Virus record (IMG/VR): IMGVR_UViG_3300030419_007201
Coordinates: 2,079-66,078 of that record
Length of the DNA: 64,000 nucleotides
From: a virus
Lineage: Duplodnaviria > Caudoviricetes
Strand: one strand, 5' to 3'
Positions within the stretch are counted from its first letter, which is position 1, and every line of letters starts with the position of its first letter. A program made the position numbers and the translations under genes. Below the pieces are notes generated by a model. It searched no databases, was not told where the DNA came from, and was given only the letters and a program-made list of their open reading frames with translations. This document shows, piece after piece, positions 38,603-48,032 of this stretch.

Positions 38603-40153
38603 TTACTTGCACCATTCTTTTGATAGTTTCTCAAAAAGTGCTTTATCCTTGCCGCCATTAACAAACTTCTTAAAATCTGCCTGTTTCTTAACAACATCTT
38701 CTACTGCTGGTTTCTGTGTCTTTTTGTTATTGTCCATTTTATTCTCCAAATGTTCTGTTAGACTTTGTATTACTTGTTCTCTCTCGTTCCAACTAGGAGG
38801 CTTGTTCCAGATAGTATCTCCAAACGTACGAACTAATCTTCCATTACCTACTAAATAGGCTTCATCTTCGCATTCTTTCCCAACTTTATCTTTTTGAGCA
38901 TACCCTTCGCCGGTATATTGTATTTGAGCTAGTTTTCCATTGCAATTTTGATTATGGTGAACCAACTCGTGAGATAATGATCTCAGTATATCTTTAGGAT
39001 GGCGTCCGTCAACATAAACTGTTACAGTATTAGTATTTGGCTGATAGTGCCCTGTTGTTCCCATGGGATCTTTTGCATTTTCTGAGTCGGAAACAAAATG
39101 AATACTTACAGGTTTGCCAAACCCAAGCTGATCTTTTGCCCATGGCAAAAACTTCTTCAATACCGGCATCAAAGTCTCTAGGCCGTGGTCAGATTTATTC
39201 TGCAAGTCAAACATTTCCATGTCGTTTCCTTTTTGTACTGTAATTTCGTTAATTATAGATTGTATAATTGAATGTGTCACAGGGTGAACGTATATTGTTT
39301 GTTTTGATTCCTTAATAAGATTATCAAACTCTCCATTAAGAATCTTAGATATTTCATCCTTGATTTTTTCAATCACTGGAAGATCATTTTCGCGAAACTT
39401 TCTTCCAATAGCGCCGGCGCCTAACATTCTAGCATTTTTCTCTATCTTGTTAACCCCATCGTCAATCATTTTTGAAATCTTGTCCGCAGAAACACCCATA
39501 TTTCTTAGCTGATTGATGGCGGCGCGTGCCTTGCCAACATCTAACTTCTTTAGAGAAATTCCAGTATCTTTTTCATCTGGCTTTTCTTCTGGTGTTCCTG
39601 GATCCTCAGTTTCTTCTGGTGTTCCTGGATCCTCAGTTTGTTTACCTAATGATTTGTTGATCAAATCTAACATCGCAGGTGGATTTTTAACCACTTGCTC
39701 AATAAAATTACCCACTTTTATAATAATTTTTGGATCTGTAATAATAAGGCCTGCGCGGGCGACATCATCAGCATTATAATCTTTTATTTCCTTTCCACCC
39801 TCTACCCAGCGCGTCGTTATATATTCTATGACGCTGTTCATACCATCTGGACCGAGTTGTTCTGGTAGTCTAGCGGGATGTTTAAGTAAAAGACGATAAA
39901 GATCCTTCATTTTTAATGATTCGAAGTCTTTTACATCTGGCGAAGGATCACTTGTTGGAGCACCGACAATTCCAGGAAGATCTGGGATGGTCAGAGGGGT
40001 AGTAGGAGGATCAGAATTTGTGAGAGTCTTCCAGTCTTCGCTAAAGTTGTTCGCGGGGATACCAAAAAGCTCGTTTAGCTGATTTTCACATCTTTTAATA
40101 GAGTCTAGCTCAGATACGAGCATTTTTTGAACCTTTTCTTCTAAAATGCTCAT
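38603..40153 (-). CDS. Protein with C-terminal zincin (HExxH) domain
   Basis: GRHPKDILRSLSHELVHH...E..AY. Confidence 0.75.
   Translation of the reverse strand: MSILEEKVQKMLVSELDSIKRCENQLNELFGIPANNFSEDWKTLTNSDPPTTPLTIPDLPGIVGAPTSDPSPDVKDFESLKMKDLYRLLLKHPARLPEQLGPDGMNSVIEYITTRWVEGGKEIKDYNADDVARAGLIITDPKIIIKVGNFIEQVVKNPPAMLDLINKSLGKQTEDPGTPEETEDPGTPEEKPDEKDTGISLKKLDVGKARAAINQLRNMGVSADKISKMIDDGVNKIEKNARMLGAGAIGRKFRENDLPVIEKIKDEISKILNGEFDNLIKESKQTIYVHPVTHSIIQSIINEITVQKGNDMEMFDLQNKSDHGLETLMPVLKKFLPWAKDQLGFGKPVSIHFVSDSENAKDPMGTTGHYQPNTNTVTVYVDGRHPKDILRSLSHELVHHNQNCNGKLAQIQYTGEGYAQKDKVGKECEDEAYLVGNGRLVRTFGDTIWNKPPSWNEREQVIQSLTEHLENKMDNNKKTQKPAVEDVVKKQADFKKFVNGGKDKALFEKLSKEWCK
39584..39637. repeat. 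Exact 27-bp tandem duplication encoding TEDPGTPEE twice
   Basis: ttcttctggtgttcctggatcctcagt at 39584-39610 and 39611-39637. Confidence 0.95.
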
Positions 40154-40161
40154 GATATCTC

Positions 40162-40830
40162 CTAGCTTCCAAGCAATCTAGCTACCTCATTGGCGATTCT
40201 CTCTTCTAAGCTACCGGCTGCGGGAACTCTAGCCTGTAACGGGGCTGCAGCGGTTCCAGTATCCATCATCCCTGCTGCACCAGGAGCCGTAACGCGCTTA
40301 TCTCCTTGCGCGGTGAGACCTGTCATGTCGGCACCACCTGCTTCAGGGCTTACTCTAGCGCCTTTCATCATAGATTGCAGTTCACGAAGAGCCGTTTCCG
40401 CCTCAGTAACAGCTGTGGTGATGGCATTATCAATTTTAGCTAAATTGTCTTTAATACCAGGAAATGCTTCTAAAGCATTCTGATCACCGGTAGAAAGCAT
40501 GAAGTTCATCTCATCAGTAAAGTCTAGCATAACGTCATTTAAGCGTGAGACGAATCCATTGACGACCTTAGCAGCTCCAGAGGCAGCTCTTTTGCCTTCT
40601 GCATCAAAAGGAGATACTTCACCTCGGATCACAGCGTCGACATCATCCATTTGGTTAAGGGTTGCAGCATCCCAATTACTTCGAAGCTTTTTTGCCAGAT
40701 CACTAGAGGATACTGCACGCTGCATTCTTCGCAACCAGCCAACTTCATCTAAAAGTTCGGGATTTTCCTTGATAAGAGCAGCTGTCTCCTCAAGAATGAT
40801 GTCTTTAAGTTCTTCTCTTGTGATCTTCAT
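40162..40830 (-). CDS. KIT/IIxEE-leader protein
   Basis: MKITREELKDIILEE; RBS GGAGG. Confidence 0.8.
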   Translation of the reverse strand: MKITREELKDIILEETAALIKENPELLDEVGWLRRMQRAVSSSDLAKKLRSNWDAATLNQMDDVDAVIRGEVSPFDAEGKRAASGAAKVVNGFVSRLNDVMLDFTDEMNFMLSTGDQNALEAFPGIKDNLAKIDNAITTAVTEAETALRELQSMMKGARVSPEAGGADMTGLTAQGDKRVTAPGAAGMMDTGTAAAPLQARVPAAGSLEERIANEVARLLGS

Positions 40831-40941
40831 GATATATCATACCTCCAGTAAAGAATCTGATCAGTTAAAACAAAAAATAGCTATTTTCTATCCTTCTACT
40901 CTATAATTATCACTTAAATCACAAAAAAGCTAATATTTTTT

Positions 40942-41709
40942 TTAAGTTCCGCCGGCTCCGGGAGGGGCTGATTTAGCCCTTTTATAACTAGGATTTTTGT
41001 TATATGGAGGCTTTTTTGCCCCTTTTCCACGCCCTAGGAGGCGAATTTTCATAGTTTTATGGCGTTTTTTTACGTTTTTTTGAAAATTTTGCTCTTTTTC
41101 TTGCAATTTTAGCTCACCTTGCGTCAAAAATTCCACTTTTTCAATGTTTACAGTAGCTTTGCTAGCTACTTCTGGCTGGTTTGCCATGTTTTGGACCGCA
41201 GAAATGTATCTATCTGAGTTTTCATAGTAATATATCTCACTAAAACCATGGTTAATCTGTGATTTTATCCAATTTGCCTTCTTTTCGGCGTCATCTGCGC
41301 CCAAATGGTTGTATTTGGGGTGAGAAACCGCTACAACAGGTAAGATTATGCCATGTTCCTGGTACATATAGTTACGTACAGGCCCAGGTTCCATTCTTCC
41401 CGTCAAAATAGCAACAGGAAAACGTGACGATATCGCATGTTTGATCTTATGTAGGATATCTTCATTCGCTTCAGCGGTCACAAAGCCATCAGTTTGTGCA
41501 AAATCGAAGTCTGCATCGGTAGTTTCCGGATTGGCTATCTTATAATGTTCATAATCTGCCGTTGTTAGCTCTTCACCTGTTGATTTGACTACAATTTTAC
41601 CACCTGTGGTGGCAATTGTATCGTCAAAATCAAATAAATAGAGTCTCTTAGACTGTTCTAAGTTAGATTCGGCTAAATACCGCTTCCATATTGTTGTTAT
41701 ATCACTCAT
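40942..41709 (-). CDS. HAD-superfamily phosphatase with a leader variant
   Basis: MSDITTIWKRYLAE; FDFDDT, ILTGR, K, YEN. Confidence 0.75.
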   Translation of the reverse strand: MSDITTIWKRYLAESNLEQSKRLYLFDFDDTIATTGGKIVVKSTGEELTTADYEHYKIANPETTDADFDFAQTDGFVTAEANEDILHKIKHAISSRFPVAILTGRMEPGPVRNYMYQEHGIILPVVAVSHPKYNHLGADDAEKKANWIKSQINHGFSEIYYYENSDRYISAVQNMANQPEVASKATVNIEKVEFLTQGELKLQEKEQNFQKNVKKRHKTMKIRLLGRGKGAKKPPYNKNPSYKRAKSAPPGAGGT

Positions 41710-41779
41710 TGTCTATAAATAGTCTAAATTTTATCGCAATAATAATATAACAACAAAATTCTATAAGTAAAACATTATA

Positions 41780-42586
41780 TTATTCTGAATTTGCAAAATT
41801 TATCCAACTTTTGGTGAAGTCGCCACTTATAGACATCATTTGATCATATGATTGAAGCATAATATTGGACAATCTCTCTAGTTGGCCGCTTCTTCGTAAC
41901 ATTTTAAACGCTAGATTCTCAATCGAATACTCACCACCATGTTCGAGACCACATCTTCGAAATTTTCTTATCTTTTCTTTGATTTTGTTAGCGAAAGCAT
42001 ATGCCTCGTCGTATCTAGCCGTAGCAAATAAGGTTTCAACATCATCAATGAGCTTGGTAAGCATAGAATATTTCATCTCAACGCTCTTCCAATCCAAATC
42101 TATCTCTTGTTTAAATGGAGTTATTAACCATCTATCTCTCATAATTGAATATACGCCCGAAGATACATGTTTTTCTTTATCATCCTGTACATATATCTCT
42201 ACTTCGTGGTCAAAAATGCGGATATCGTGCATTCTATTCCAAATTCCTATCTTTCCACGGAAAAATTCCCTTACTAAATCAATATTTTCGTCCACTTGTG
42301 CATAATCGACCATGATGTGTAGATCAATATCAGAGTAATCAGACCAATTATAGTTGGCCAAAGAACCAGTAAACGTTATATCAGAGATAATAATTGATTC
42401 CAAGCCTACATCTTCTAGGAAATTCCTAGCTATTTTGGCTAATTTTTCTGATATTTCTGGTTTTAATTGATTGGGAGTCTTCCAAATCTTAGTGTTTAAG
42501 CTATCTTTTGGAATAAAATCTGTTAAATTGACAGATTTTTGTGTTTCTTGTAAGAAATCAGCCCAATTTTCAAAAAATTTTTGCAT
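41780..42586 (-). CDS. Pol-beta-type nucleotidyltransferase with FENW leader
   Basis: MQKFFENWADFLQE; TGS.ANYNW..YSDIDLH, EVEIYVQD, ENLAFK.LRR. Confidence 0.85.
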   Translation of the reverse strand: MQKFFENWADFLQETQKSVNLTDFIPKDSLNTKIWKTPNQLKPEISEKLAKIARNFLEDVGLESIIISDITFTGSLANYNWSDYSDIDLHIMVDYAQVDENIDLVREFFRGKIGIWNRMHDIRIFDHEVEIYVQDDKEKHVSSGVYSIMRDRWLITPFKQEIDLDWKSVEMKYSMLTKLIDDVETLFATARYDEAYAFANKIKEKIRKFRRCGLEHGGEYSIENLAFKMLRRSGQLERLSNIMLQSYDQMMSISGDFTKSWINFANSE

Positions 42587-42700
42587 TTTATAGACATCCT
42601 TGATCCATTGCTATATAAATAGCTGTCATGATGCTTAATAATATAACATTTATTTTAAAAATTTTTAAAGCTGGAGCGAATGGCTCTAAATCTTTCATGC

Positions 42701-44641
42701 TTAGTTGCCACCTTGGCATATATCATCAAGAATCTCCATTAAACTCGCATACATCTCAGTAGGATTATTAGTTAGCTTATACCAGTCGCCATTTCCTATA
42801 TTAGCAAGCTCTTCCCAGGAAATTTTATGACTAGTGCGCGAAAAAGTATACAATTTCAGTTGCGGCACTCCTGAAACCGCTGACTTTACATCTTCCAGGG
42901 CCAATTCAGGCTCCAAATAGCTCTGAGGGTGTTCATCTGTAAAGACAATTATAATTCTATCAGCACCAGGGCGCCAACTTATGTTAAAATTCTGGATCGG
43001 AGGTACTGATTGAACAACATCTTTAGGGTATGTACCTACAACACCTGTCCATTGTAATTCTGGGATGGAATACGGCAATATAGATGTGATATTGTGAACC
43101 GATAAGTAAATTGCATCTAATATCATCTCATATGATGTCTGCATTGTATCTGCGCTGGAGTCCATCGATGCCAAAGACAACAAATATTCTGAAAACCCTA
43201 CCAAATCTTGCTGTAGTTCCAGTCTTTCATAATATGATGGAGTGCCTATAGATACGGGGCCCCTCAAGAAAGACCATTTAATGACCTCTTCATCACTAAA
43301 ATTCTGAGCAAACTGATTTAGCGCGATCATCACAGCATCCATCTCATCGCCCATAGATCCTGACCAATCAACTATAAAAAGCACATCAGTAGGCTTCATT
43401 TCTTCGCCCCAGTCTGTTATGCCGTCACAGTTGTCATCAATGCCATTACAGATTTCTTCTTGAGGTACAATCTCATCTTTGCAGTAATACGCAATGAAGT
43501 CCTCGTCGTCATTATAATTACCCCAGGTGCCGGCATCACACGTCATGATTCCTGGTTCACATATGCCAACTAGAAGAGTGCCTTCTGGTCCGGTATAACA
43601 AGCTGAATATAAATCTTCGTCGATCAGTTGATTGCAATTCTCGTCAAAGTTGTTACACTTCTCTTGCTCAACTATCATACCAACAAGCGGATCGCATATA
43701 TCAGCAGGGTCTGTTGGTGGTATCCACTGACACAAGGCATAGCACTCTGTCATCGTAAGAGTTGTGCAGCCTGGATCAACGCATTCACATGTTTTATAAC
43801 CCTGGCCACATAACAGAGGATCTTCTTGGCATGGAAATAGCACCCCTACATCCTGTATTGTACATACGCACTCTAGCCCTTCATCGATTTGATTATCGCA
43901 ATCGTTGTCTAGGCCATCACATATTTCGTCATTTACCGGGGGTGCCGTACAAGATATCCAATTACCACTGTCGCACATTTCGTAACCAGAGCCACATGCA
44001 GTACTGCAAGGCTGAATTAGATCTTCATCAGTAATACCGTTGCAGTTATCATCAATATTGTTGCAAGTTTCTGATGGTAATATGCCACAATCGTTGCATG
44101 CATTAAGCTGTCCTTCATCAATCTGGCCATCGCAGTCGTCATCTTCATAATTACACGCCTCTTCTTCACAATCTGTTACACAGTCTGTATACTGTATTTT
44201 TCCCTTATTACAAACTTTTTCTTGCTGACCAGGAAACCCTTCGGGAGTTGTACATTGTAGGTATTCTAAATGATATTGTGTAGGGTCACACTCTAGATAT
44301 TCTTCGCATTCACTCTCATATACTAAAATCGGAGGATCTTTACATATATCATGACAAATTTGTTTTTGCCAAACTGAATCGAGTGGTGGACAAAAATACC
44401 ACTTACATTCCCAACAACTATCTCTGTAAGCCTTAAGGATGGCCTCTGTGACAGCTGGATCGTATGGAGCTAGTAGAGGTGGGATTACATTAATTAATGG
44501 CGTTTCTGATCCTGCTTCTTCTTGAGTCGTATCCGAGCATGATATTACTTGAGCTACCAAGATCATAATCGTTATACATACAGGCGCGTATTTTTTTAAA
44601 ATTTTTTTAAAACGCGAAGCTGTATGTAATATTAATTTCAT
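42701..44641 (-). CDS. Predicted lipoprotein with Cys/Asp-rich MopE-type repeats and a C-terminal vWA domain
   Basis: VISC lipobox; 5 repeats of the E.C(N/D)..D..C type (e.g. EICNGIDDNCDG); MIDAS DWSGSM, FTDE. Confidence 0.8.
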   Translation of the reverse strand: MKLILHTASRFKKILKKYAPVCITIMILVAQVISCSDTTQEEAGSETPLINVIPPLLAPYDPAVTEAILKAYRDSCWECKWYFCPPLDSVWQKQICHDICKDPPILVYESECEEYLECDPTQYHLEYLQCTTPEGFPGQQEKVCNKGKIQYTDCVTDCEEEACNYEDDDCDGQIDEGQLNACNDCGILPSETCNNIDDNCNGITDEDLIQPCSTACGSGYEMCDSGNWISCTAPPVNDEICDGLDNDCDNQIDEGLECVCTIQDVGVLFPCQEDPLLCGQGYKTCECVDPGCTTLTMTECYALCQWIPPTDPADICDPLVGMIVEQEKCNNFDENCNQLIDEDLYSACYTGPEGTLLVGICEPGIMTCDAGTWGNYNDDEDFIAYYCKDEIVPQEEICNGIDDNCDGITDWGEEMKPTDVLFIVDWSGSMGDEMDAVMIALNQFAQNFSDEEVIKWSFLRGPVSIGTPSYYERLELQQDLVGFSEYLLSLASMDSSADTMQTSYEMILDAIYLSVHNITSILPYSIPELQWTGVVGTYPKDVVQSVPPIQNFNISWRPGADRIIIVFTDEHPQSYLEPELALEDVKSAVSGVPQLKLYTFSRTSHKISWEELANIGNGDWYKLTNNPTEMYASLMEILDDICQGGN

Positions 44642-45021
44642 CTCTTTATAAGCATTAGATCCTGTTTTAAGCTTGGGACAATATTATATTTTTTTAGCTC
44701 TTCAAACCCTACCCACGCGAAATCAGTATTCTCGCAGAGATCTAGTGTCTCTTTAGTAACTATGCCGCTGTAAGTAAAAGTTTTAAATAAATAATTTTTT
44801 TTGCGGCGCCGGACAAATTCTAATTCAGCAATCGTTATACCAGTCTCTTCATTGACTTCACGTATAGCTGCCTCTTCTTCTGTCTCGCCTACTACAGCAT
44901 GGCCGCCAGGAAAACTCCACTTTCCTGGTTCCCACTCACAATTTTCTGCTCGCTTCAGTAACAATACTTGATCTGATTCATTGTATATTGCTACGATAGC
45001 TGTTACGTCTGTATCTTCCAT
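44638..45021 (-). CDS. NUDIX hydrolase
   Basis: PGG....GET.EEAAIREVNEETG. Confidence 0.92.
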   Translation of the reverse strand: MEDTDVTAIVAIYNESDQVLLLKRAENCEWEPGKWSFPGGHAVVGETEEEAAIREVNEETGITIAELEFVRRRKKNYLFKTFTYSGIVTKETLDLCENTDFAWVGFEELKKYNIVPSLKQDLMLIKR

Positions 45022-45036
45022 GCATATATTATAGGA

Positions 45037-45258
45037 TCACTTTTGGCTAAGTTTAAATTTTTTTCTATTTGGAAGATCGATTATAAGAAAGGTGCGCCCT
45101 GTATATGTCTTGTGCATGCCAACGTGGCCAGCGTTTTTTGTACAAAAATATTTGACATCATCATATGTTAGCTCAGCGAGGCACTGTGTGTTTTGTAGAA
45201 CTTCAGGGTACCCTCTCATTCTTTTATATAGCTTACATAATTTCTCAAATATTTTCAT
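45037..45258 (-). CDS. Small Cys/His protein
   Basis: C...C....GH.G.H pattern. Confidence 0.55.
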   Translation of the reverse strand: MKIFEKLCKLYKRMRGYPEVLQNTQCLAELTYDDVKYFCTKNAGHVGMHKTYTGRTFLIIDLPNRKKFKLSQK

Positions 45259-45272
45259 TTACATAATATTTG

Positions 45273-45587
45273 CTACATTGCAGGATCTTCGGCGCCGGCG
45301 TCGGGGGCTTGTGAAGGAGCCCCTTGTAATCTTTCTAACTCTTGAAAAACTTTTTGTAACAGAGTACCAATATTACCACTACGAATATTCGAAGCTTTAG
45401 CAGCAGCAAGAAGATCTTGAGCCAGCTTTGTCACAACAGCTCTTTCTTTTGGATCGGCACCTTGGGATTTTCCCAAATCTCTAGTCTGTGTTGTAAATTC
45501 GCCGGCTCCCATTCCCTGAGCGCCTTGAACGTCTTCAACAAGAACTTGCTTGATTATTTCTTTCAACCTGTCGTGTGTGAGTCTCAT
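45273..45587 (-). CDS. KIT-type leader protein
   Basis: MRLTHDRLKEIIKQVLVE; RBS AGGAG. Confidence 0.75.
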   Translation of the reverse strand: MRLTHDRLKEIIKQVLVEDVQGAQGMGAGEFTTQTRDLGKSQGADPKERAVVTKLAQDLLAAAKASNIRSGNIGTLLQKVFQELERLQGAPSQAPDAGAEDPAM

Positions 45588-45613
45588 ATTTTATCTCCTG
45601 TATAATATAATTA

Positions 45614-46087
45614 TTACTTAAATGACCATTTAACCTTGTTAAAGTCATTAAATTTTTCAAAAAAAGTATTAATGATTTCTCTATCGCTATCTAGAACATT
45701 TCCGCCAGGAGCGACAATCATTTTATCATTTCCTTTTTTTTGCGGTGCCTTTTCTCCATTATATTCAACTACCCCAATAATTTTTAAATTTTGAGGAGGT
45801 TGGGCGTTGCCAGAAGCGCTTGGTACAACAACCATATCCCATCCCATATCATCTGCAGGATTAATTAATTCTGGCCACTCTCCATAGTCAAATGGTAACT
45901 GGTGTAATGTTTCAGATCCAAATTTTTTATAACTATCGATTGGGCTATCAATATTGATTGTAAAATTTTCTTCTGGGTTTTGTTCTAGATATTTCTTAAG
46001 CTCTTCTTTAGTAGAAATAGTAATGCTTTCTCTTGGGGAATAGATCTCTCTAATGTACTTCCGCCAATTTTCAAATAGGAGTTTCAT
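45614..46087 (-). CDS. FENW-leader protein with inorganic-pyrophosphatase-like domain
   Basis: MKLLFENWRKYIRE; PFDYG...ADDMGWD...NDKMI. Confidence 0.7.
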   Translation of the reverse strand: MKLLFENWRKYIREIYSPRESITISTKEELKKYLEQNPEENFTINIDSPIDSYKKFGSETLHQLPFDYGEWPELINPADDMGWDMVVVPSASGNAQPPQNLKIIGVVEYNGEKAPQKKGNDKMIVAPGGNVLDSDREIINTFFEKFNDFNKVKWSFK

Positions 46088-46515
46088 ATTTTTACATACC
46101 ACACTTCAGGAGTTATTCCATAAGCCGCTGCAGCAACTAAACGCGTGTTGCCGGCAACAAGCCATGGGCTTTCGCCCTCTTTTTCAACAACTATAGGCGC
46201 ATTAAATTGAGATCCAGCTTCTATACCTTGTTTTATCCCTTCAAAATCTTTATTATTTTCTTTCCCAATTCTATCTAAATCTTCTACACTGTTTACTTCT
46301 CGCATTTGAGTATTCTGTAATGTATCATATAGTTCTCTAGACATTGGTATTAGCTGGCCATTGCTCTTAACATACTCTTCAAGTTCTTCTGCGGATAATT
46401 CAAAGCGAGGAGCGTGACGTCTAAATTCTCCAATTTCAGCAGATATATCTGGATGTTTCCATCTTACTTGAGCCTCAGTCAAATATTTCCGCCAATTTTC
46501 AAATAGGAGTTTCAT
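46084..46515 (-). CDS. FENW-leader protein with ParB/Srx-like domain
   Basis: MKLLFENWRKYLTE; APIVV...LVAGNTRL. Confidence 0.7.
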   Translation of the reverse strand: MKLLFENWRKYLTEAQVRWKHPDISAEIGEFRRHAPRFELSAEELEEYVKSNGQLIPMSRELYDTLQNTQMREVNSVEDLDRIGKENNKDFEGIKQGIEAGSQFNAPIVVEKEGESPWLVAGNTRLVAAAAYGITPEVWYVKI

Positions 46516-46649
46516 TTTAAATTAATTCCTATCTTTTTCGCTTCAATAATAGCCAGTACAGGAATTCCTGGATTTTTTGAATTGGTATACTTATCCCAAG
46601 CTTGTTTCATTCTGTCATATGAGACAAAATTACAAATTAACTCACCCAT
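46512..46649 (-). CDS. 45-aa ORF (not in track) containing leader-like MKQAWDKYTN
   Basis: Hand-translated; its stop is the TGA inside the next gene's ATGA. Confidence 0.45.
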   Translation of the reverse strand: MGELICNFVSYDRMKQAWDKYTNSKNPGIPVLAIIEAKKIGINLK

Positions 46650-46656
46650 TAAGAAT

Positions 46657-47556
46657 CTACGCCAAGTCATCCTTACGTTCCTCCAAGAACAACGGGAACA
46701 GCCCGACTAAACACCCTATTATAATGCCAATAACACTAGCTTGTTTGTCTAAAAACCTCATCCACACAGGGCCGGCTGCTACTTGCTCATCAGTTACCGA
46801 TTCAGGATCCAAACCCATTTTGTCCAGAGCACCTTCAATTGTGTTACTAGCTAATTCTCCAACCGCGTCGGAGACAGTGTTACCAAAGCCGGCCGCTAAC
46901 ATTGGCGCGGCAGTGGAGCCTACCATAGCACCTGCTACGCCACCAAACTGAGCGTCGATATGTGATCCTGCAATAACCATAATAAAGTTATCAATAAAGC
47001 CGAAAACAAACGATCCTATAAAGTTAGAGACAAACCTAATTAACCAATCTTTAACTTTTGGAGGTGCGACCTTACCAATAACATCCTCTGCCGCTTCTAT
47101 AAGTGCCTCGGCACCATTATCAGAAACAGTGTGAGCTACTAATTCAATAGTTTCTTGACCTACTCCCATTTTTGCCAAGTCTTCTAAAGAAAATTGTTTT
47201 GTATCTGGCGAATCAACGAACTTTTCCATCAAGGCTGTAGTGTCTTTGTTTTGAGAAACCTTATCAGCAATATCTCTTCCAATTTCTTGCATGTCCTCAG
47301 ATTGAGCTAAAGATTCTAATCTTTCTTTAAATTTTATCTCAAATTTTGCTTTAGTATCTTCAATCATCCGATCGAATTCTTCAGGAGCATTTATTAATTT
47401 GCTAAAACCAGTTTTAATATATTCTAATGGCCCTTCGGTACCTAAAGCTTTTCTCATTTTATAAGCAGAAGATCCCGGGATATATTCCGTAACATCTTCG
47501 TTAACATCTTCTACTTCTTTTAAATATTTTCTCCAATTTTCAAATAATTCTTTCAT
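46657..47556 (-). CDS. FENW-leader protein with C-terminal TMEM65-like membrane domain
   Basis: MKELFENWRKYLKE; FVFGFIDNFIMVIAGSHID...AAGFGNTVSDAVG...GIIIGCLVGLFPL. Confidence 0.75.
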   Translation of the reverse strand: MKELFENWRKYLKEVEDVNEDVTEYIPGSSAYKMRKALGTEGPLEYIKTGFSKLINAPEEFDRMIEDTKAKFEIKFKERLESLAQSEDMQEIGRDIADKVSQNKDTTALMEKFVDSPDTKQFSLEDLAKMGVGQETIELVAHTVSDNGAEALIEAAEDVIGKVAPPKVKDWLIRFVSNFIGSFVFGFIDNFIMVIAGSHIDAQFGGVAGAMVGSTAAPMLAAGFGNTVSDAVGELASNTIEGALDKMGLDPESVTDEQVAAGPVWMRFLDKQASVIGIIIGCLVGLFPLFLEERKDDLA

Positions 47557-48032
47557 GCGCCAGCCCACCTTTTTAGTTCTTCATAATCAGACTTAGAGCT
47601 TTTCTCAGAGGCAACATTAGCACCTGGATTGGGTGTTCCATGATACCACACGTAGTCTCCAGCTTCTATCAGCGTATCAATCCAATTATCAAACGGGGCG
47701 CCCTCCAGACTCACGTCGTAGAGGTCCGCTACCTGATTAACTATCTCAATGGCGTGATCTTCTATAGAATTTGCGATAAGGTACGGAGCATCATCGAAGG
47801 GAATTTCACCAGAAATATAACCATCGAGTCGAGAAATATATGTTTTAACCGCCTCTAAAATTTCATCAAAGATTCGAAGCATATCCATGTTACCAGTCAT
47901 TTCTGCTAGCTGCTTAGCTTGCACTCCGCTTCCCCAAAATATAGCTAAGAGCTTTTCGTTATCACTGTCTCCTAGTTCAAATTGTTGTGACTCATTAATA
48001 TAATATCGCCAGTTTTCAAATAGGGATTTCAT
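47553..48032 (-). CDS. FENW-leader protein, unknown domain
   Basis: MKSLFENWRYYINE. Confidence 0.8.
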   Translation of the reverse strand: MKSLFENWRYYINESQQFELGDSDNEKLLAIFWGSGVQAKQLAEMTGNMDMLRIFDEILEAVKTYISRLDGYISGEIPFDDAPYLIANSIEDHAIEIVNQVADLYDVSLEGAPFDNWIDTLIEAGDYVWYHGTPNPGANVASEKSSKSDYEELKRWAGA

